DNA of 14,462 nucleotides. Source: an uncultured Nitrososphaeraceae archaeon. Lineage in GTDB: Archaea; Thermoproteota; Nitrososphaeria; Nitrososphaerales; Nitrososphaeraceae. The notes under the pieces were generated by a model. The model saw nothing but the letters and a program-made list of their open reading frames with translations, made no database searches and was not told where the DNA came from. The translations under genes were made by a program, and so were the position numbers. The DNA lies in NCBI GenBank assembly GCA_963837175.1, contig CAWIMJ010000042.1, positions 1 to 14,462 on the forward strand. The letters are read 5' to 3'. Position 1 is the stretch's first letter, and the number at the start of each line of letters is the position of its first letter. Shown here in pieces: positions 8,585-14,462 of this stretch.

Positions 8585-9660
8585 ACTTCCATCTTCACCT
8601 TATCTATACTTACGCCCTTGAGGTTCTCTGAGTAACTCAGAGCAGATGACATATGTTTCATAACTATTATATATTATATTACTATATAAAAATCTTCCTA
8701 ACAATGTTCTAATACATAAAGCAACTTCTTTCATTCGTATCGTCTTAACATGTGGTGTACAAACGGGATCAATATTTACAAGTACAACAAATATCACAAT
8801 CTATTAATTACAAACAGCAACAGGGCGCCGTAAACTTAACCATTTTCAGTAAATCTGATGAGTTTAATTCTGTCCATTCATTTATGCAGATATAAAATAA
8901 ATAACTTTATCCAATTATCAACATATTCCTTATTATTACATACTGGTCCCTTCTATAGGAAGAATAATCTTCAGGCATCCTATTCTATCTTTTATCTATT
9001 CTATAAAATCTCCATTAGATTCTTTGGCTTTATCTTAATACAATATGCAGAAGCCTCAACTGGTCCTCAACTGGTTACAAGCAGGTCTTCAGGTACAATT
9101 TCAATTATTAGTAGATAATAGAATGAAAGAAAAAATAAGCTAGGAAATTAATGAAGAATAAAAAAGATCATAAACGTATATACAAGTTATATTTTTTGTG
9201 TCATATCTTTAATATTTTCTGGCATGAAAATGTATTGATATAATGGTCCAGCTGGTCCATCTTTTCTACCTTCTTAGTTCTTTCTTCTAGTAGGATTCAG
9301 AATTCTAATATGTATCTATTAGAAGCACAGAGAACAGGTAACATTATACCCTTCTATAACAATAAAGGCGAATTACTTAAAGCACATTCAAGTGTCATAC
9401 TTTACTTTTTGCGTTTCTAACATTCCCATCTCCTTTTTCGCAATGAATCTTGCCAAAATTAAGATAAGGGAAATAAAATGTTAAAGCAAATTATATTTAT
9501 TTATTTATTTTTATTACTAATATAGTCAAGTTGTATGGGCACTGGTTGTCTTTTTATTGTGAAACTTATAAACTGACATTGAACCAATAATGAAATTGCT
9601 TGTTTAAAGGCTACTAATGCAATGGCCTATTTTGATCCCATGACTGCTACATGTAATTTT

Positions 9661-9673
9661 TTAAAGCTTATAA
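9661..9673 (+). promoter_or_regulatory. Putative BRE/TATA box
   Basis: TTAAAGCTTATAA 30 nt upstream of the ATG at 9704. Confidence 0.5.
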
Positions 9674-9703
9674 TATAGTTAATGCAGGGGTATAAACACC
9701 AAA

Positions 9704-10171
9704 ATGGGAAAAACGAAGAGTGCATCAAGTCGATCCAGCGATGATGAAGCGCTACCGCAATGGGCAGAAGATGAGATTAAATCAGTTCAATTCGGACAGC
9801 CGGAAATTCTGACACGGACAGGATATATTCTTGATATTTACGAAAACGACTTTAAAATAGATATTCAGCTATACGAGACTTTGCCAGATGGCAGGACCAT
9901 TATTGAGGGTTTGAATGTTCCCAGATCTTTGAAGATAGTAGATTTTATGAAGGGCGTCGTTTACGAATTCAAAATAAAGATGTTTCACGGACCTTTGAGT
10001 TCACAGCTTGTTGAATTATTAAGAACAAAGTTTGCGATAGAAATGGATAGAATATACAGATTTGATCTGGAAGAATTACAGATGATGGATGTTGAATCAG
10101 ATTTACCATCCATGTCATCCACTTCTTCTGACGGCGAAGATGAGGAAGATGACGGTGAAAAAAATAATTAA
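9704..10171 (+). CDS. Conserved hypothetical protein with acidic C-terminal tail
   Basis: 155-aa ORF with a beta-rich core (RTGYILDIYE, KIDIQLYE, GVVYEFKIKMF) and the tail SDGEDEEDDGE. It resembles a thaumarchaeal conserved hypothetical (from recall). Confidence 0.8.
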   Translation: MGKTKSASSRSSDDEALPQWAEDEIKSVQFGQPEILTRTGYILDIYENDFKIDIQLYETLPDGRTIIEGLNVPRSLKIVDFMKGVVYEFKIKMFHGPLSSQLVELLRTKFAIEMDRIYRFDLEELQMMDVESDLPSMSSTSSDGEDEEDDGEKNN

Positions 10172-10175
10172 ATAC

Positions 10176-11012
10176 TTAGCGTCGTAATTTCCTTCTAAAG
10201 GCCGCCCCAACAAGTGGATTGATAATATAAGGCAAGGTGTGCTTTAGCCAGACGCCTGCTCTGATAAATAATGGGACTATAATTTCAAGACGAGGAGAAT
10301 TTGCTGCTCGCATAATTGCATTTGACACAGTTTTTGGATCAAGGGCATATCCTACATAATTTGGCATTTTGCCGCCGAAAGATTCATTATTAAAGAAGTT
10401 AGTTTTAACGGCAATTGGACTTACAACTGTTATGCCTACTCCCGTTCCATGTAGTTCGTGATATAATGATTCTGAAAAACCCAACATTGCGTATTTTGAA
10501 CCGCAATATGCAGCCAAGCCAGGCACTCCGAAGCTCGCCGCCACGGAAGCAACATTTACTATATGCCCAGATTTATTGTAAAGCATAGAATCAAGAAATA
10601 TTTTTATGCAATATATCATACCATAGTAGTTCGTTGCTGTAATTGATTCGATTTGTTCAATGCTTTGATCCTGTATTTTTCCAAAGATACCAAAACCAGC
10701 GTTGTTTATGAGCACATCAACTCGACCAAATCTATGGATTACATCTCTTCCTAGCTTAATCACTTCTGTCTTATTTGAAATATCACATACGTAGACCATC
10801 GTCTCGCATTTTGAATTTATAAGGGCTTTGACATCTGTAAGTTTCGATTCAGAGCGTCCAACAAGAATTATTGCCATAGCACCATTGTTGGCAAAATCAA
10901 TTGCAGCCTGCCGTCCGATTCCAGATGATGCGCCTGTTATTACGATTATTTTTCCATCGAATCTTCTTATTCTTTTTCTTCTACTGATGGCAGTGGTAGC
11001 AGTAGTAACCAT
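10176..11012 (-). CDS. Classical short-chain dehydrogenase/reductase (SDR), probably NADP(H)-preferring
   Basis: TGASSGIG, GRS after beta-2, CDIS, VDVLINNAG, NVASVA and catalytic YCGSK motifs; 278 aa. Confidence 0.95.
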   Translation of the reverse strand: MVTTATTAISRRKRIRRFDGKIIVITGASSGIGRQAAIDFANNGAMAIILVGRSESKLTDVKALINSKCETMVYVCDISNKTEVIKLGRDVIHRFGRVDVLINNAGFGIFGKIQDQSIEQIESITATNYYGMIYCIKIFLDSMLYNKSGHIVNVASVAASFGVPGLAAYCGSKYAMLGFSESLYHELHGTGVGITVVSPIAVKTNFFNNESFGGKMPNYVGYALDPKTVSNAIMRAANSPRLEIIVPLFIRAGVWLKHTLPYIINPLVGAAFRRKLRR

Positions 11013-11020
11013 TACTATTA

Positions 11021-12199
11021 CTATTTCTTGTCAACGTCTATTTTTCTTCTTCTACTACTACCTTTTATTATCCTTACCAGCCTAGTCAACGGTTTATTAT
11101 TATTATTTTTGCTAGCATTATTATCAACTAGATTAGATTTTATATTATGACTAAATGAATGAGTAGTAGAGATGTTTGGATTTATAACAGAGACTTTAGA
11201 ACGTACTGTTATTTTCATCAATGCAAGCCACATAATCACTAGGGGAATGTGATAAGATGCAATTCTCCATGCTATTATTACGTTTAATTGCGAATCTTTA
11301 ATAACATCGGCAAAGTGAGGAATACTATTTAAGTTCGATATATAAGCCCAAATACCTAGTTCTGCCAATCCCGATCCACCTATAGTGATTGGAAGAGTCG
11401 CCAATATAATAGACGCAGATGTAGCCATTAAGGAATCAAATAAGCCAATATTAGATCCTACAGCATCTGCAAGAACCATGAAAGATATTCCTTGAAATAA
11501 AAATGCAATAAAAGTTATTCCGATCCCTACTGCAAATGTTCTGACTGCCTTTATAGAGTTGAAATTTTCTCTACTCATTTTACATACATCGGTGATTGCA
11601 TTATTGGTTGAATTGATCATTCGCTCTGCCTTTTCTTTAGCAACAAACTTTTGTAATATTTTTAATGAGAAAGATGGCAGACGAAGATTGCGTTTTGCTG
11701 AAAAGATAACAAGTAAAAGCCAAAAGAAAAGCGTCGGAATCGCAACAATAATTACTATGACTCCAATAAAAATCCCGCCATTATAAATTGCGACCGCTCC
11801 AGCGATAAATCCAAGCATGGTTCCAACAAAGACGTCGGCAATGATTTCCATTGTTGTAACCCATGCTGCCTTTCCTGCGGACACTCCGTTCTTAGTTAAC
11901 CATGCAATTCGCACCAATTCACCTCCAACGTATGAAGGGGTTGTCTGTGTCACGAATTCACCAGCTAATCTCGCAGATATTATCTTGCCAGTAGAGCTTA
12001 CATTTGGACCAATAAATTTATCAATGAAATACTTGAATCTATATCCTTGCAACATAATTTTAACAATCATCGATCCTGCAGAGATTATGAAAGGAATAAG
12101 GCCGACAGCAAAAACGTCGTTAATTGAAACTGGGGTAAAGATAAACATGATTAGGAAGGGTACAATACTTGCAGGTATGGCTAGCAGACGCCAGTTCAA
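11021..12199 (-). CDS. Flippase-like / lysylphosphatidylglycerol synthase TM-domain protein (UPF0104), copy 1
   Basis: 392 aa, TTG start, multi-TM. Family motifs TTPSYVGGELVRIAWL, LPITIGGSGLAE and IIAWRIASY. Confidence 0.88.
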   Translation of the reverse strand: MNWRLLAIPASIVPFLIMFIFTPVSINDVFAVGLIPFIISAGSMIVKIMLQGYRFKYFIDKFIGPNVSSTGKIISARLAGEFVTQTTPSYVGGELVRIAWLTKNGVSAGKAAWVTTMEIIADVFVGTMLGFIAGAVAIYNGGIFIGVIVIIVAIPTLFFWLLLVIFSAKRNLRLPSFSLKILQKFVAKEKAERMINSTNNAITDVCKMSRENFNSIKAVRTFAVGIGITFIAFLFQGISFMVLADAVGSNIGLFDSLMATSASIILATLPITIGGSGLAELGIWAYISNLNSIPHFADVIKDSQLNVIIAWRIASYHIPLVIMWLALMKITVRSKVSVINPNISTTHSFSHNIKSNLVDNNASKNNNNKPLTRLVRIIKGSSRRRKIDVDKK

Positions 12200-12241
12200 C
12201 GATAGTCATTGACCGGATAGAATATACGCATATAATAATCA

Positions 12242-12379
12242 ATAGAAATGGATAGAATATACAGATTTGATCTGGAAGAATTAAAATAGACTACGGATGT
12301 TGAATCAGATTTACCATCCATGTCATCCACTTCTTCTGACGGCGAAGATCAGGAAGATGACGGTGAAAAAAATAATTAA
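12242..12379 (+). pseudogene. Duplicated 3' fragment of the 155-aa hypothetical gene
   Basis: Matches 10037-10171, lacks the 5' two-thirds of the gene, and has a garbled patch at about 12293-12297 and just upstream. Confidence 0.85.
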
Positions 12380-12383
12380 ATAC

Positions 12384-13213
12384 TTAGCGTCGTAATTTCC
12401 TTCTAAGGTGCCGAACCAACAAGTGGATTGATAATATAAGGCAAGGTGTGCTTTAGCCAGACGCCTGCTCTGATAAATAATGGGACTATAATTTCAAGAC
12501 GAGGAGAATTTGCTGCCTCGATAATTGCATTTGACACAGTTTTTGGATCAAGGGCATATCCTACATAATTTGGCATTTTGGCCGAAAGATTCATTATTAA
12601 AGAAGTTAGTTTTAACGGCAATTGGACTTACAACTGTTATGCCTACTCCCGTTCCATGTAGTTCGTGATATAATGATTCTGAAAAACCCAACATTGCGTA
12701 TTTTGAACCGCAATATGAGCCAAGCCAGGCACTCCGAAGCTCGCCGCCACGGAAGCAACATTTACTATATGCCCAGATTTATTGTAAAGCATAGAATCAA
12801 GAAATATTTTTATGCAATATATCATACCATAGTAGTTCGTTGCTGTAATTGATTCGATTTGTTCAATGCTTTGATCTTGTATTTTTCCAAAGATCCCAAA
12901 ACCAGCGTTGTTTATGAGCACATCAACTCGACCAAATCTATGGATTACATCTCTTCCTAGCTTAATCACTTCTGTCTTATTTGAAATATCACATACGTAG
13001 ACCATCGTCTCGCATTTTGAATTTATAAGGGCTTTGACATCTGTAAGTTTCGATTCAGAGCGTCCAACAAGAATTATTGCCATAGCACCATTGTTGGCAA
13101 AATCAATTGACCTGCCGTCCGATTCCAGATGATGCGCCTGTTATTACGATTATTTTTCCATCGAATCTTCTTATTCTTCTTCTACTGATGGCAGTGGTAG
13201 CAGTAGTAACCAT
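12384..13213 (-). pseudogene. SDR copy 2, frameshifted as written (lesions may be sequencing errors)
   Basis: Colinear with 10176-11012. Small deletions near 13109, 12717 and 12580 and a garbled patch near 12405-12416 split it into the 146-aa and 72-aa ORFs. Confidence 0.85.
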
Positions 13214-13231
13214 TACTATTACTATTTCTTG

Positions 13232-14392
13232 TCAACGTCTATTTTTTCTTCTACTACTACCTTTTATTATCCTTACCAGCCTGGTCAATGGTTTATTATT
13301 ATTTTTGCTACCATTATTATCAACTAGATTAGGCTTTACACTATGATTAGATGAATAAATGGAGATGTTTTGATTGATAACAGAGACTTTAGAACGTACT
13401 GTTATTTTCATTAATGCAATCCACATAATCACCAGGGGAATGTGATAAGACGCAATTCTCCATGCTATTATTACGTTTAATTGCGAATCTTTGATAACAT
13501 CGGCAAAGTGAGGAATACTATTTAAGTTCGATATATAAGCCCAAATACCTAGTTCTGCCAATCCCGATCCACCTATAGTGATTGGAAGAGTCGCCAATAT
13601 AATAGACGCAGATGTAGCCATTAAGGAATCAAATAAGCCAATATTAGATCCTACAGCATCTGCAAGAACCATGAAAGATATTCCTTGAAATAAAAATGCA
13701 ATAAAAGTTATTCCGATCCCTACTGCAAATGTTCTGACTGCCTTTATAGAGTTGAAATTTTCTCTACTCATTTTACATACATCGGTGATTGCATTGTTGG
13801 TTGTATTGATGAGTCGCTCTGCCTTTTCTTTAGCAACAAACTTTTGTAATATTTTTAATGAGAAAGATGGCAGACGAAGATTGCGTTTTGCTGAAAAGAT
13901 AACCAGTAAAAGCCAAAAGAAAAGCGTCGGAATCGCAACAATAATTACTATGACTCCAATAAAAATCCCGCCATTATAAATTGCGACCGCTCCAGCGATA
14001 AATCCAAGCATGGTTCCAACAAAGACGTCGGCAATGATTTCCATTGTTGTAACCCATGCTGCCTTTCCTGCGGACACTCCGTTCTTAGTTAACCATGCAA
14101 TTCGCACCAATTCACCTCCAACGTATGAAGGAGTTGTCTGTGTCACGAATTCACCAGTTAATCTCGCAGATATTATCTTGCCAGTAGAGCTTACATTTGG
14201 ACCAATAAATTTATCAATGAAATACTTGAATCTATATCCTTGCAACATAATTTTAACAATCATCGATCCTGCAGAGATTATGAAAGGAATAAGGCCGACT
14301 GCAAAAACGTCGTTAATTGAAACTGGGGTAAAGATAAACATGATTAGGAATGGTACAATACTTGCAGGTATCGCTAGCAGACGCCAGTTCAA
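13232..14392 (-). CDS. Flippase-like (UPF0104) protein, copy 2
   Basis: 386 aa, nearly identical to copy 1. A 2-nt loss in the TTC/T-run near 13241-13250 changes the last residues; the stop equivalent to copy 1 is at 13222-13224. Confidence 0.88.
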   Translation of the reverse strand: MNWRLLAIPASIVPFLIMFIFTPVSINDVFAVGLIPFIISAGSMIVKIMLQGYRFKYFIDKFIGPNVSSTGKIISARLTGEFVTQTTPSYVGGELVRIAWLTKNGVSAGKAAWVTTMEIIADVFVGTMLGFIAGAVAIYNGGIFIGVIVIIVAIPTLFFWLLLVIFSAKRNLRLPSFSLKILQKFVAKEKAERLINTTNNAITDVCKMSRENFNSIKAVRTFAVGIGITFIAFLFQGISFMVLADAVGSNIGLFDSLMATSASIILATLPITIGGSGLAELGIWAYISNLNSIPHFADVIKDSQLNVIIAWRIASYHIPLVIMWIALMKITVRSKVSVINQNISIYSSNHSVKPNLVDNNGSKNNNKPLTRLVRIIKGSSRRKNRR

Positions 14393-14462
14393 CGATAGTC
14401 ATTGACCGGATAGAATATACGCATATAATAATCAATAGAAAGTAAATTTGATACTATAGACA

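Larger units (their letters stand above)
10037..12241 (+). repeat. Tandem duplication unit, copy 1 (~2.2 kb)
   Basis: Sequence starting ATAGAAATGGATAGAATATACAG at 10037 recurs at 12242 and stays colinear to 14441. Confidence 0.97.
12242..14441 (+). repeat. Tandem duplication unit, copy 2
   Basis: Near-identical to 10037-12248. Ends at ATAGAAA (14435-14441), after which the sequence is unique. Confidence 0.97.

Noticed and set aside
8822-8845. GC-rich patch GGGCGCCGTAAACTTAACC resembling a tRNA 5' end or att site
   Set aside because: No T-arm (GTTCRA) or complementary acceptor stem follows, and no integrase is present.
10828-14405. Plus-strand ORFs 10828-11085, 11559-11786, 11817-12212, 12622-12852, 13107-13346, 13752-13979 and 14010-14405
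   Set aside because: Antisense shadows of the SDR and flippase genes. They recur only because of the duplication.
10037-14441. Duplication as a transposon or a diversity-generating retroelement TR/VR pair
   Set aside because: No transposase, terminal inverted repeats or reverse transcriptase, and the differences are not adenine-specific.

Overview
AT-rich archaeal-type DNA. Gene content and TATA boxes about 30 nt upstream of start codons suggest a soil ammonia-oxidising archaeon (Nitrososphaeraceae); this is an inference. Left to right: an exported protein and a ~10-TM membrane protein of unknown function (minus strand), preceded by a possible 36-aa membrane peptide; an Lrp/AsnC regulator divergent from type I glutamine synthetase, each broken by one extra G; a small hypothetical; a YgjP/DUF45 metallopeptidase; a C2H2 zinc-finger protein flanked by long non-coding stretches; and a conserved acidic hypothetical. 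The right end is a ~2.2 kb tandem duplication (10037-12241 and 12242-14441) of a flippase-like (UPF0104) + SDR operon, joined at a 7-bp microhomology. Most frame-breaking lesions fall at GCNGC sites, which looks like a methylation-linked sequencing error footprint rather than gene decay. No rRNA, tRNA, CRISPR array or transposase was recognised.
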